DNA of 32,000 nt from Phycisphaera mikurensis NBRC 102666 (GTDB lineage: Bacteria; Planctomycetota; Phycisphaerae; Phycisphaerales; Phycisphaeraceae), in assembly GCF_000284115.1 (NCBI RefSeq), contig NC_017080.1, positions 2,010,001-2,042,000 on the forward strand, read 5' to 3'. The notes beneath the pieces are model-generated. The model made no database searches. It was not told the DNA's origin and was given only the letters and a program-made list of their open reading frames with translations. Shown in pieces: positions 17,731 to 27,067 of this stretch. Position 1 is the first letter of the stretch; each line of letters starts with the position of its first letter. Both the position numbers and the translations under genes were made by a program.

Positions 17731-18594
17731 ATGATCGTCTACGCCGACGGTGGCTTCCGCGAGAAGGACGAGGCCTTCTATCCGCTGGAGGAGCGGGGCG
17801 TGCTCTTCGCCGACGGCGTGTACGAGGTGGTGCGGTACGACCGGGGGCGGCCCTTCGAGATGGACGCCCACGTGCGACGGCTGCGAGCGTCCCTGGCGGG
17901 GATCGGGCTGCCGTGGCCGGGCGTGGAGGCGGCGGCGTCGCTGTCCGACGAGCTGGTGCGACGCAACGGGCTTCCGGATGCGCGGGTGTACTGGCAGGTG
18001 ACGCGGTCGGCGGCGGGCGGGCCGGGGAAGCGGAGCTTCGTGCATCCCGAGAAGCCCGAGCCCGCGATCACGATGATCGCGTACCCGGCGGAGCCGCTGG
18101 ACCCCGCGGCCCCCGTGGAGGCCGGCGAGGCCGTCATCGTCGAGGACGTGCGGTGGCACCGCTGCGGCATCAAGTCGCTGATGCTGCTGCCGGCGTCGAT
18201 GGCGAAGACCGAGGCGAAGCGGCGGGGCGCCGTGGAGGCGCTCTTCGAGCGGGCGAAGCCGGGGGCGGCCGGGACGCACATCACGGAGGGCTCGTCGACG
18301 AACGCCTTCGCCGTGATCGGCGGCGTGCTCCGGACCCACCCCGCAGACGGCTGGGTGCTCGCGGGCGTGACGCGGGCGGTCCTGCTGGAGGCGGCGCGGT
18401 CCGCGGCGCTCGCGGTGGAGGAGCGGGCGTTCACGCGGGCGGAGCTGCTGGCGGCTTCGGAGGCCTTCGCGTGCTCGACGACGCAGGTGACGGCGCTCAC
18501 GTCGGTGGAGGGGACGCCGATCGGCGGCGGGAAGGCCGGGGAGGTGACGCGGCGCCTCGCCGCGGCGTACGTGCGCCGCGTGCTGGGCGCGTGA
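17731..18594 (+). CDS. Class IV aminotransferase (D-amino-acid / branched-chain type)
   Basis: ATG at 17731. FADGVYEVVRY and RHLxRL-like HVRRLRASL are present. IKSLMLLP contains the candidate PLP lysine. TEGSSTNAF is also present. Confidence 0.75.
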   Translation: MIVYADGGFREKDEAFYPLEERGVLFADGVYEVVRYDRGRPFEMDAHVRRLRASLAGIGLPWPGVEAAASLSDELVRRNGLPDARVYWQVTRSAAGGPGKRSFVHPEKPEPAITMIAYPAEPLDPAAPVEAGEAVIVEDVRWHRCGIKSLMLLPASMAKTEAKRRGAVEALFERAKPGAAGTHITEGSSTNAFAVIGGVLRTHPADGWVLAGVTRAVLLEAARSAALAVEERAFTRAELLAASEAFACSTTQVTALTSVEGTPIGGGKAGEVTRRLAAAYVRRVLGA

Positions 18595-18620
18595 AAAACC
18601 CCGCTTTCGCGGGGTTTCTC
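18594..18620. terminator. Bidirectional intrinsic terminator hairpin between the aminotransferase gene and tRNA-Ser
   Basis: The sequence is AAAAACCCCGC-TTTC-GCGGGGTTTCTC. Read on the minus strand, the stem is followed by TTTTT directly after the tRNA 3' end. On the plus strand it follows the TGA at 18592-18594. Confidence 0.55.
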
Positions 18621-18623
18621 AAG

Positions 18624-18710
18624 CGGAGAGACAGGGATTCGAACCCTGGGTGCACTTGCATGCACACACGAATTCCAGTCGTGCGCCTTAAACCACTCAG
18701 CCATCTCTCC
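18624..18710 (-). tRNA. tRNA-Ser (anticodon GGA)
   Basis: Minus-strand read GGAGAGA-TG-GCTGAGTGGTTTAAGGCG-CACGA-CTGGAAT-TCGTG-(long variable arm GTGCATGCAAGTGCAC)-CAGGGTTCGAATCCCTG-TCTCTCC-G. The 7-bp acceptor stem, the TTCGAAT T-loop and the long variable arm fit a class II Ser tRNA. CCA is not encoded. Confidence 0.9.
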
Positions 18711-18901
18711 TGAGCGTGGGGCGGAAGGATAGGAAGTTCCGCCGGCCGCACCTCGCCTTGCCCCCGCAGCGTGCCGGGCGCATCGCGTGTACCGAAGGCT
18801 TCAGGGTGCCGCGGCAGCTTCCGGGTCAACCGCTCGATCCGCCGAGCGTCTCGGGCACGCTGCTCAGCAGGCGGGCACGCCCCCCCCGCCCATCGGCCGC
18901 A

Positions 18902-20086
18902 TCAAGCCAGCACGCGGGCGCCCTCGCAGGGGCGCGTGATGAAGGCCGTGGCCTCGACGCCGGTGGCGCCGCGGTAGCCGGTGGAGATCTCCTCGGCGAG
19001 CGCCTCCGCCTCCGCGGCCTTCACCAGCGTGACGGTGCAGCCGCCGAAGCCCCCGCCGGTCATCCGCGACCCGTACACGCCGCGGCCCTCGTGGCGGGCG
19101 TGGTCGGCGAGCTCGACGAGGGTGTCCAGCTCGCGGGTGGAGACCTCGTAGTCGTCACGCAGGCTGGCGTGGCTCTCGCCCATCAGCCGGCCGGCCTCGC
19201 CGTAGTCGCGGGCGAGCAGGGCCTCGGCGGCGAGCTGGCAGCGCCGGTTCTCGGTGACGACGTGGCGGGCCCGCCGGTGCGTCTCGCCGGTCAGCTCGCC
19301 CGCGTCCGCGGCGGCCCGCACCGCCTCCGCGTCGGCGTCGCGGAGGGCGCTGACGCCGAGGACCTCCGCCGCGGCCTCGCAGGAGGCGCGGCGCTGGGCG
19401 TAGGCACCGTCGGCGAGGGCGTGGCTCTGGTTCGAGTTGAGGATCAGGACCGCGAGCGCGGGGTCGTCCAGCGGCACCGGCTTGGCGGTCGTGTCGCGGC
19501 AGTCGATGAGCAGCGCGTGCCCTTCGCGGCCGGTGGCGGAGATCAGCTGGTCCATGATCCCGCAGGGCACGCCGGCGAACTCGTGCTCGGCGGCCTGCGC
19601 GGCGCGGGCTTTGTCCGCGGGGTCGAGCGTCCGGCCGGTGAGGCCCTCCAGCAGCGTGATCGTCGCCACCTCGATGGCGGCGCTGGAGGAGAGGCCGCCG
19701 CCGGCGGGCACGCTGCAGTCGATGATCGCGTCGAAGCCGCGAGCGGGCAGGCCGGCGTCCAGCGCGGCGGCGAGGGCGCCGCGGAGGTAGTTGGACCAGG
19801 CCGGCTCGCCGCGCGTGGGGCGGGAGCCGAGGTCGAAGGCGGCCGTCCCCGGGAAGGCGGTGGAGCGGAAGCGGACGGTGAGGTCGTCGCGGCCGACGCC
19901 GTGGACGAGGGCCTGCCGGTCGATCGCCAGCGGCATGACGAAGCCGTCGTTGTAGTCGGTGTGCTCGCCGATCAGGTTGACGCGGCCGGGGGCCACGGCG
20001 ACGACCGCCGGGCCGCCGGCTCCGGGGAAGGCGGCGCGGAAGGCGGTGGCCACGCGGGCCCGCTGCTGGGGGATCGTCTCCGTCAT
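18902..20086 (-). CDS. galK: Galactokinase
   Basis: GRVNLIGEHTDYNDGFV is the galactokinase signature. PAGGGLSSSAA is the GHMP kinase motif. GGGFGGC lies near the C-terminus. ATG at 20086. Confidence 0.9.
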   Translation of the reverse strand: MTETIPQQRARVATAFRAAFPGAGGPAVVAVAPGRVNLIGEHTDYNDGFVMPLAIDRQALVHGVGRDDLTVRFRSTAFPGTAAFDLGSRPTRGEPAWSNYLRGALAAALDAGLPARGFDAIIDCSVPAGGGLSSSAAIEVATITLLEGLTGRTLDPADKARAAQAAEHEFAGVPCGIMDQLISATGREGHALLIDCRDTTAKPVPLDDPALAVLILNSNQSHALADGAYAQRRASCEAAAEVLGVSALRDADAEAVRAAADAGELTGETHRRARHVVTENRRCQLAAEALLARDYGEAGRLMGESHASLRDDYEVSTRELDTLVELADHARHEGRGVYGSRMTGGGFGGCTVTLVKAAEAEALAEEISTGYRGATGVEATAFITRPCEGARVLA

Positions 20087-20188
20087 GCGGAAGGACCTTA
20101 AGAAGGTGCGGACGCTCCGCCGCGGACCGCGACGCGCAAACGGCGGATCCGGCCGCGGTCCGCGGGCCCGGGCCGGCGGCCGCGGGGA

Positions 20189-21094
20189 TCAAGCCGCCGG
20201 CGTCACCTTCAGCGAGCGGTCGATCCGCCGCATCAAGCCGCCGAGCACCCGGCCGGGCGGAAGCTCGAGGAAGTCGCGGTGACCGTCCGCGGCGGCGCGC
20301 TGCATCGACTGCGTCCAGCGGACCGGCGCGGTCAGCTGCTCGACGAGCCGGGCCTTGATCGACTCGGCGTCGGCTTCGTGCGGGGCGGCGGTGACGTTGG
20401 CGTACACGGGCACGGTGAGCGGCGACCAGCCGACGCCGTCGAGCGCGGCCCGGAGCCGCTCGGCCGCGGGGGCCATCAGCGGCGAGTGGAAGGCGCCGGC
20501 AACGCTCAGCTCCGTCGCGCGGTAGCCCGCCTCGCCGGCGGCTTCGGCGAGGCGGGCGCAGGCGTCGACCGAGCCGGAGGCGACGACCTGCATCGGCGAG
20601 TTGAAGTTCGCCGGGACGAGCACACCGTCGCCGCGGCACGCGTCGCAGAGCCTGACGATCGCCTCCTCCTCCACCTCGCCGGTGAGCGCGACCATCGTGC
20701 CGCCGCTCGCCTCGGCGGCCTCCTGCATCGCCTCGCCGCGCAGCTTCACGAGGCGGAGGCCGTCGGCGAAGGAGAAGGCCCCGGCCAGGTGCAGCGCGGT
20801 GAACTCGCCGAGCGAGAGGCCCGCCGCGGCGGTGACCTCCGGCAGCGTCCCGGTCGACGCGCGGCCGCGGTACGCGGCGACGGAGTCGGTGTAGATCGCC
20901 ACCTGCGCCATGTCGGTGCGGTTGAGCATCTCGGCCGGCCCGTCGCTGCAGAGGCCCGAGAGGCTGAAGCCGAGCAGATCGTCGGCCTCCTCGAAGACGG
21001 CGTGCGCCGCCGGCGGTGCGTCGCGGCCGGCGGCGCCCATGCCGACGGACTGGGCGCCCTGGCCGGGGCAGAGGAGGAAGGTGGATTCAGGCAT
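20189..21094 (-). CDS. fabD: Malonyl-CoA:ACP transacylase
   Basis: FLLCPGQGAQSVGMG is present. GLSLGEFTALHLAG contains the active-site GxSxG. AFHSPLM is present. I prefer the ATG at 21094 (MPESTF...) over the TTG at 21121. Confidence 0.85.
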   Translation of the reverse strand: MPESTFLLCPGQGAQSVGMGAAGRDAPPAAHAVFEEADDLLGFSLSGLCSDGPAEMLNRTDMAQVAIYTDSVAAYRGRASTGTLPEVTAAAGLSLGEFTALHLAGAFSFADGLRLVKLRGEAMQEAAEASGGTMVALTGEVEEEAIVRLCDACRGDGVLVPANFNSPMQVVASGSVDACARLAEAAGEAGYRATELSVAGAFHSPLMAPAAERLRAALDGVGWSPLTVPVYANVTAAPHEADAESIKARLVEQLTAPVRWTQSMQRAAADGHRDFLELPPGRVLGGLMRRIDRSLKVTPAA

Positions 21095-21244
21095 GCGGGC
21101 GAACCTACCGCACAACCCCAAGCCGCGGACGGCGTTGCCGCGGCGTCGGCACCGCCCACCCTCCGCGGGACCCCGATCGCCGCCGCCCGGCGCTGCGGCC
21201 GGGCGGTGCCGACGCCTCCCGGCTCCTCGCGCTTGGAGAGCGGC

Positions 21245-22240
21245 CTACAGCCTCCAGAGGCTCGTTGCCCAGGTCATCCCGCCGCCGATCGCCAGGAAGA
21301 GCACGAGGTCGCCCTCGTCCACGCGGCCGCTTCTGCGGACCTCTTCCAGGCACAGCGGCACGCTCGCCGCCGAGGTGTTGCCGTGCCGGTCGATGTTGAT
21401 GTACATCTTCTCGGGCGGGAGCCCGAAGCGGTCGGCCGCGGTGGCCATGATCCGCTGGTTGCTCTGGTGGGGGATCACCAGCTTGAGGTCGGCGGGCCGG
21501 AGCCCGGTCGCGGCGAGCGATTGCTCGATCATGTCGCAGGTCTTGATGACCGCGAACTTGAACACCTCCTGGCCCTGCATCTGCAGCGTGTCGTAGGCGC
21601 CGTTCCAGCCCGGCTGGCCGGTGTCGGAAGCGTCGATGCCCTCGGGCAGGTCGCTCTCCCGCCGCGGCATGTAGAGCGAGCCCCACTTGCCCCCGTCCGA
21701 GCCCATGCTCTGGTGCAGCACGCCGCGGTGATCGGCTTGGTCGGCCGAGAGGATGGCGGCGCCGGCGCCGTCGCCGAAGAGGATGCACGTGCGGCGGTCG
21801 TCGGGGTTCACGTGCCGGCTGAGGACCTCGGCACCGACGACCGCGACGTGGCGGTACATGCCGGTCTGCAGCGAGGCCGCGGCGAGGTTCATCCCGTAGA
21901 CGAAGCCCGAGCAGGCAGCCGCGAGGTCGAAAGCGCCCGCAGGCGTCGCTCCCACCGCGTCGGCCAGGCGGGCGGCGGTGGAGGGGCAGGCCATCGCCGG
22001 CGTGATGGTCGCGACGATCACGAGGTCGAGGTCGGCGCCGCGGAGACCGGCGTCGTCGAGCGCGTTGCGGAGCGCCGTCAGGCTCAAGGAGTGCAGCGAC
22101 TGGTCGTCCGCGGCGTACCGCCGCTGGTGGATGCCGGTGCGCTGTCGGATCCACGGGTCGGTGGTGTCGACGCGGGCGGCGAGGTCCTCGTTGGTCACCA
22201 CGCGGCCGGCGAGGCCGACGCCGGTGCCGGCGATCCGCAC
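21245..22240 (-). CDS. fabH: 3-oxoacyl-ACP synthase III
   Basis: AAACSGFVYG carries the Cys, IPHQSNQRI the His and GNTSAASVP the Asn. The GTG at 22240 gives VRIAGTGVGL..., a typical FabH N-terminus, and a 331-aa product. An alternative GTG lies at 22342. Confidence 0.8.
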   Translation of the reverse strand: MRIAGTGVGLAGRVVTNEDLAARVDTTDPWIRQRTGIHQRRYAADDQSLHSLSLTALRNALDDAGLRGADLDLVIVATITPAMACPSTAARLADAVGATPAGAFDLAAACSGFVYGMNLAAASLQTGMYRHVAVVGAEVLSRHVNPDDRRTCILFGDGAGAAILSADQADHRGVLHQSMGSDGGKWGSLYMPRRESDLPEGIDASDTGQPGWNGAYDTLQMQGQEVFKFAVIKTCDMIEQSLAATGLRPADLKLVIPHQSNQRIMATAADRFGLPPEKMYINIDRHGNTSAASVPLCLEEVRRSGRVDEGDLVLFLAIGGGMTWATSLWRL

Positions 22241-22458
22241 GCCGCGGTGCCCCTCCAGCGCCGTCGCCGCGGTGCCGGGCAAGGTGGCGCCGGCCGGCGC
22301 GATCCGCCCGGGCGTCGCGCCTGGCACCTCGCGGTCGGACACCCGGTCTGCACCGGCGGGGCCCGGCTCCGCAAGCGCCTCGCCCGGCCGCGGCGCGCCC
22401 GGGCTGCCTTGATCGCTGAGCCCGCCCCCGAGACCGCCCGTGGCGTTGCTCTGCTGGT

Positions 22459-23541
22459 TCACCTTCCGGCCCCGCGTGCGTGGTCGCTGCAGCCGAGCCG
22501 CTCGACGATCGCCTCGTTGATGCCCGACTTCTGGTACGCGATGGCGTTGCGGATCGTGTTGCGGATCGTCCGCGGCTCGCTGCTGCCGTGGCAGATCATG
22601 CAGATGCCGTTGGCCCCCAGGAGGGGCGCCCCGCCGTACTCGTGGTAGTCGTGCTTGGCGTAGATCTTCTTGACGACCGGCTCGAACTTCATCGCCAGCT
22701 CGGGATCGGTCTCGAAGATCTCGTGCGCGATCAGCTTGAAGATGCCGGCCGACAGGCCCTCGGCCAGCTTCAGCACCACGTTGCCGGTGAAGCCCTCGGT
22801 GACCACGACGTTCGCCTTGCCCTCGAACAGCTCCCGCCCCTCGACGTAGCCGACGTAGTTCAGGCCCTCGTCGCCGCGGCACAGCGCGTTGGTCTCGCGG
22901 ACGAGCGGCGTGCCCTTCTCCTCCTCGCCGCCGATGTTCATCACCGAGACCTTCGGGTCCTCCACGCCGATGATCCGCTCCGCGTAAACCGAAGCCATGT
23001 GCGCGTACTGGTGGAGGTGCTGGGCCCGTGGCTCGGGGTTGGCCCCCACGTCGCACACCACCACCGGGCCGTGGAAGGTCGGGAGCACGACGGCAATGCC
23101 GGGGCGGTGCACGCCGGGCAGGCGGCGCAGCTGCATCTGGGCGGCGGCGACGCAGGCGCCGGTGTTGCCGGCGGAGATGATGGCGTCACAGGCCTTGTCC
23201 GCGGAGACGGTGCCGGCGCCGCCGCGGGCGCTGCCGCGGCCGAGCTCGGCCATGCGGACGATCGAGCTGTCGCTCTTGCCCCGCAGCGCCTTGGTGGGCG
23301 ACTCGGCCATGCCGATCACCTCCGTCGTCGCCTCGATCTCGTACCGCGGGTCGCCGGCGAGCCCGCCTTCCTCGAGCCCCTCCTCGATGATGCCGCGGTC
23401 GCCGATGAGCACGACGGTGTGCGCGTCGTCGGCGGCCGCGTCAGCCCCGGCGGGCCCGAGCAGGTCCGCCGCGGCGAGGGCACCGGAGAGGATGGCGTCG
23501 GGGGCGTTGTCGCCACCCATCACGTCGAGAGCGATGCGCAA
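22459..23541 (-). CDS. plsX: Phosphate acyltransferase PlsX
   Basis: The TTG at 23541 gives (M)RIALDVMGGDNAP, the canonical PlsX N-terminus. SAGNTGA and LLGANGICMICHGSS are present. The remainder of the 933-aa track ORF is junk. Confidence 0.85.
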   Translation of the reverse strand: MRIALDVMGGDNAPDAILSGALAAADLLGPAGADAAADDAHTVVLIGDRGIIEEGLEEGGLAGDPRYEIEATTEVIGMAESPTKALRGKSDSSIVRMAELGRGSARGGAGTVSADKACDAIISAGNTGACVAAAQMQLRRLPGVHRPGIAVVLPTFHGPVVVCDVGANPEPRAQHLHQYAHMASVYAERIIGVEDPKVSVMNIGGEEEKGTPLVRETNALCRGDEGLNYVGYVEGRELFEGKANVVVTEGFTGNVVLKLAEGLSAGIFKLIAHEIFETDPELAMKFEPVVKKIYAKHDYHEYGGAPLLGANGICMICHGSSEPRTIRNTIRNAIAYQKSGINEAIVERLGCSDHARGAGR

Positions 23542-23678
23542 AGCGGGGGGGCTCCGAAAGGGCTCGTTGGAGGAGACGCGGACCGACGGGCTCGGCTCGC
23601 GCACGGGACACACGACGGCGTGGCCGCCGCGGAAAGACGTCGCGCCGGGCGGAACGGCGGGCTTCTCCGCCCCGGGGG

Positions 23679-23873
23679 TCAGTCCTTGGCCGCGGCGACG
23701 CCGTGGGCACGCACCGACAGGCCGGGGCGCACGTAGCCGCAGTTGCGGCAGGCGCGGTGGGGGAGCTTGGTGTCGCCGCAGTTCGGGCACGCGGCCGACT
23801 GGATGGCGGTGAGGCCGTGATGGGATCGGCCGTGGCGGGTCTGGCTGTGGGTCTTGCGCTGAACGGGAAGCAT
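23679..23873 (-). CDS. rpmF: 50S ribosomal protein L32
   Basis: MLPVQRKTHSQTRHGRSHH... with a CPNCG...CRNCG zinc ribbon. Product is 64 aa. It sits immediately upstream of plsX, as in the conserved rpmF-plsX-fabH-fabD cluster. Confidence 0.85.
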   Translation of the reverse strand: MLPVQRKTHSQTRHGRSHHGLTAIQSAACPNCGDTKLPHRACRNCGYVRPGLSVRAHGVAAAKD

Positions 23874-23979
23874 CGGGTGCTCTTGGGGCTGAGGCGGAGG
23901 CTGAGGCCGGGGGACCGGAGCCGCATCCTCGCGACGCCGGGCGGAGAGGGTAGCAACCGCGGTCCCGTAGGATCGGGGC

Positions 23980-25134
23980 TTGGCCGGCCCGTCGCCCACG
24001 CTCGTCCACTGCACCAACGGCTACCCCCTGGCGGGGGAGCGGTGGGAGGACGTGCTGGCGTCGCTCGGCGAGCACGCCGCGGCGGTCGCGGCGTTGCAAG
24101 CCGGCGGGGAACCGCTCCCGCTGGGCCTGTACCTGCCCGCGGCGGCGGCGGAGCGGCTGATCCGGGACGAGCGGATCGACACCTTCCGCGGCGGCATGCG
24201 GGCCGCGGGGCTGAGCGTCCGGACCCTCAACGGCTTCCCCTTCGCCCGCTTCCACACCCCCGGTGATCCCCTCCGCGTGTACCGGCCGGCGTGGGACGAC
24301 CGCCGCCGGGTGGAGCAGTCGCTGCACCTCGCCGCGGTGCTGGTGGAGCTGCTGCCCGCGGGCACGCAGCACGCGTCGATCTCGACGCTGCCGATCGGCT
24401 GGGGGAGCGACCGGCTCGACCTCACGGCCGCCGCCGCGAACCTCCGCGAGGTGGCGGTCCGCCTCGCCCGGCTTCTCGACCGGACCGGCGTCCGGATCAC
24501 GATCGACCTCGAGCCCGAGCCGGGCTGCCTGCTCGGGGACGCGGCCGCCGCGTGCCGCTTCTTCGACGAGCACCTCGGCGGTGCGACCCAGAGAAGGCAC
24601 CTGGGCGTGTGCCACGACGTGTGCCACGCCGCCGTGCTCTTCGCGGACCAGGCCCAGACGCTCGCCGCGTACCGGCACGCCGGGATCGGGGTGCACAAGG
24701 TGCAGCTGACCAGCGCTCCGGACGTGGTCTTCGACGGCTTGGACGAGCCGATGGCCGACGAGGCCGTCGCGCTGCTCCGCACGCTGCCCGGGGAGCGCAG
24801 CCTGCGCCAGACCTCCCTCGGCGGAGAGGCGTCGGGCTTCTTCGAGGACCTCGGCGAGGCGCTGTCGGCCCACCCCCGGCCCGGCGGCCGGTGGCGGGTG
24901 CACCACCACCTGCCGCTGACGCTGGCGGGGCTCGGCCCCCTGCGGACGACGCGCAACGCCGTGGCGGAGGCGCTCGAGGACCTGGCGGCGCACGGCGAGC
25001 GACCCCTCCTCGAGACGGAGACCTACACCTGGGAAGCGCTGCCGCCGGCGCTGCGGGCGGGCTCCCTCGCGGAGGGGCTCGCCGGCGAGCTCGCCTGGGC
25101 GCGGGCGCGGATCGATCGGGCGTGGAGCCGGTGA
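23980..25134 (+). CDS. Xylose-isomerase-like TIM-barrel protein, EboE-like
   Basis: The TTG at 23980 is the only start after the in-frame TAG at 23968. The pattern HCTNGYP...LGLYLP...RTLNGFPFARFH...RVYRPAW...ASISTLPIGW...ITIDLEPEPGC matches my recollection of the EboE family (xCTNxHPG, TxNGFPYGxFH, VYxPDW, GSISTxP). Confidence 0.55.
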   Translation: MAGPSPTLVHCTNGYPLAGERWEDVLASLGEHAAAVAALQAGGEPLPLGLYLPAAAAERLIRDERIDTFRGGMRAAGLSVRTLNGFPFARFHTPGDPLRVYRPAWDDRRRVEQSLHLAAVLVELLPAGTQHASISTLPIGWGSDRLDLTAAAANLREVAVRLARLLDRTGVRITIDLEPEPGCLLGDAAAACRFFDEHLGGATQRRHLGVCHDVCHAAVLFADQAQTLAAYRHAGIGVHKVQLTSAPDVVFDGLDEPMADEAVALLRTLPGERSLRQTSLGGEASGFFEDLGEALSAHPRPGGRWRVHHHLPLTLAGLGPLRTTRNAVAEALEDLAAHGERPLLETETYTWEALPPALRAGSLAEGLAGELAWARARIDRAWSR

Positions 25135-25874
25135 GTGTTTTCGCGGCCTGGGCCCGCCTGCTGCGCGTCGCGAACGCGCCCTCCGCGTGGAGCAACGCGG
25201 TCCTGGGCCTCGCCGTCGGGGCCGCGGCGGCGACCACGCCCCGCGGCGTCGGCCCGGCACCGCTCCCGACGCTCCTGAACGAGGGCTTCCTCCTGCTCGT
25301 CTCCGCGACCCTGTTCTACGCCGGCGCGATGGCGATGAACGACGCCGCCGACGCCGCGACCGACCTGCGGGAACGCCCCGGCCGACCGGTGCCGTCCGGG
25401 GCGGTCAGCCAGCGGGCCGCCCACCGGGCCGGCAAGCTGGGCGTCATCGGCGGGCTCGCGGCCCTGGTCGCGTACCCGCAGCCGGAGGTCGTCGGCCTCG
25501 GCACGCTGCTCGCGCTGTCGATCGTGCTCTACAACGCGCTGCACCTCCGGCACGCGTGGACCGTGGCGCTGCCGGCGCTCTGCCGCGGGCTGCTCGTCGC
25601 GATCGCGGTGCTCGTGGTGCCCGCCGCCGGGCCGACCGACGCGGTCGTCCCCGCCCTGGTCGTCGCCGCCGCGGTGCTCGCCGTCTCGGCCTACGCCCGC
25701 AGAGAGGCCGAGCACCCCGGGCGGCCCGCCCGCGTCGGCCGGCTGCTCGGGTCGCTGCCGGCGCTCGACGCGGTGCTGGTCCTCCTGCTCGCCGGCAACC
25801 CCGAGGCCGCGGTCTTCTGCATCGGCTGCGGCGTCCTCGGCTTCATCGGGCAGCGTTTCGCGGCCGCGAGCTGA
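25131..25874 (+). CDS. UbiA-family prenyltransferase (EboC-like)
   Basis: The GTG at 25131 overlaps the upstream stop as GTGA. NDAADAATDLRERPGRPVPSG matches the UbiA NDxxDxxxD...RPxPSG motif. The protein is multi-pass hydrophobic throughout. Confidence 0.7.
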   Translation: MSVFAAWARLLRVANAPSAWSNAVLGLAVGAAAATTPRGVGPAPLPTLLNEGFLLLVSATLFYAGAMAMNDAADAATDLRERPGRPVPSGAVSQRAAHRAGKLGVIGGLAALVAYPQPEVVGLGTLLALSIVLYNALHLRHAWTVALPALCRGLLVAIAVLVVPAAGPTDAVVPALVVAAAVLAVSAYARREAEHPGRPARVGRLLGSLPALDAVLVLLLAGNPEAAVFCIGCGVLGFIGQRFAAAS

Positions 25875-25895
25875 GCGGCGCCGTACGGTCGGGGC

Positions 25896-26333
25896 ATGCC
25901 TCCGATCCCGCTGCTCGCCCTCGCCAAGCCGCACTGGTTCGTGGCCGGAGCCGAGGCCTGCGCCACCGCGATCGAGGGCATCGGCATCCTGATCATCCTC
26001 TTCGGCGGCCTCTTCTGCCTCGGTCGGTACGCCCTTGGGCGGCTTCGCGGCGACGGCGAGGACGCCGGGTACGCACGGCTCCGCGAGCGGCTGGGCCGCG
26101 CGATCCTGCTCGGCCTGGAGTTCCTCGTCGCCGCCGACATCGTCGCGACGGTGCTCATCGATCCGACGCTCGAGAGTGCCGCGGCGCTGGGCCTGATCGT
26201 CGTCATCCGCACCTTCCTCAGCTGGTCGCTGGAGGTGGAGCTCGAGGGCCGGTGGCCCTGGCAGGGCAGAGCCCACGCGGCCGACCCGGCAGGGCGATCG
26301 GATCCTTCTACCGTCCGGGATGCACAGGAATGA
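25896..26333 (+). CDS. DUF1622 membrane protein
   Basis: LGRAILLGLEFLVAADIVATV...LGLIVVIRTFLSWSLEVE matches the DUF1622 core. Confidence 0.65.
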   Translation: MPPIPLLALAKPHWFVAGAEACATAIEGIGILIILFGGLFCLGRYALGRLRGDGEDAGYARLRERLGRAILLGLEFLVAADIVATVLIDPTLESAAALGLIVVIRTFLSWSLEVELEGRWPWQGRAHAADPAGRSDPSTVRDAQE

Positions 26334-26928
26334 GAGGCGAAGCGAGGACAGCCGCGACCTCGAGGACGTGCTCGACACGCTCAAGGAGGAGGCGGACGGG
26401 CAGGAAGACGGCCGCCTCACCCTTGGCGAGGTCATCGACGCGTTCCGCCACCGGCCCGCCGGCACGCTGCTGCTCGTGCCCGCCGTCGTGATGGTGTCGC
26501 CGCTGGGCGCCATCCCCTCCGTGCCCACCGTCACCGCCGCGCTCGTGGCTCTCATCGCCGCGCAGATGCTCTTCGCCCGCAGCACCCCCTGGGTGCCGGG
26601 CTTCCTCCGACACCGCGGCCTCGCTCCGGAGAGAGTGATCTCCGCCGTCGACAAGAGCCGCCCGGTCGCCCGCTTCCTCGATCGCTTCATCCGCCCCCGA
26701 CTCCAGCCCCTCACCGGCGAGATCGGCCGCCGCGTCATCGCCATCGTCTGCGTCCTGCTCTCCGTGCTCACCCCGCCCCTGGAGCTGGTCCCCTTCGCCG
26801 TCTACCTCCCCGGCACCGCCATCCTGCTCCTCTCCCTCGCCCTCGTCGGCCGCGACGGCCTGCTGGCCGCCGTGGGGCTCGCCCTCGCCGCGGCGGGGCT
26901 CGCCACCGCGGCGTGGACGCTCCTCTAA
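26320..26928 (+). CDS. ExoD-like exopolysaccharide synthesis membrane protein
   Basis: LGEVIDAFRHRPAGTLLLVPAVVMVSPLGAIPSVPT...PWVPGFLRHR followed by C-terminal TM helices fits the ExoD family layout. The ATG at 26320 overlaps the DUF1622 gene by 14 nt. Confidence 0.65.
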   Translation: MHRNERRSEDSRDLEDVLDTLKEEADGQEDGRLTLGEVIDAFRHRPAGTLLLVPAVVMVSPLGAIPSVPTVTAALVALIAAQMLFARSTPWVPGFLRHRGLAPERVISAVDKSRPVARFLDRFIRPRLQPLTGEIGRRVIAIVCVLLSVLTPPLELVPFAVYLPGTAILLLSLALVGRDGLLAAVGLALAAAGLATAAWTLL

Positions 26929-27067
26929 AACGACGATCTCGCGGGCCCGTGCCGATCGATCGCAACCATCGCGATCGGGTTTCCACCGGCCTGAACGGGT
27001 TCCGGACGACGCCCATGACCGGAGGCGAGCAGCGCGGGTACCACCGGCCCGGGCAGGTCGTCTTCGA

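Noticed and set aside
18624-18710. tRNA-Ser as an integration site for a genomic island
   Set aside because: There is no integrase, no duplicated tRNA 3' end and no accessory genes beside it. Both flanks are housekeeping genes (aminotransferase and galK). The defence-like segment is 8 kb away.
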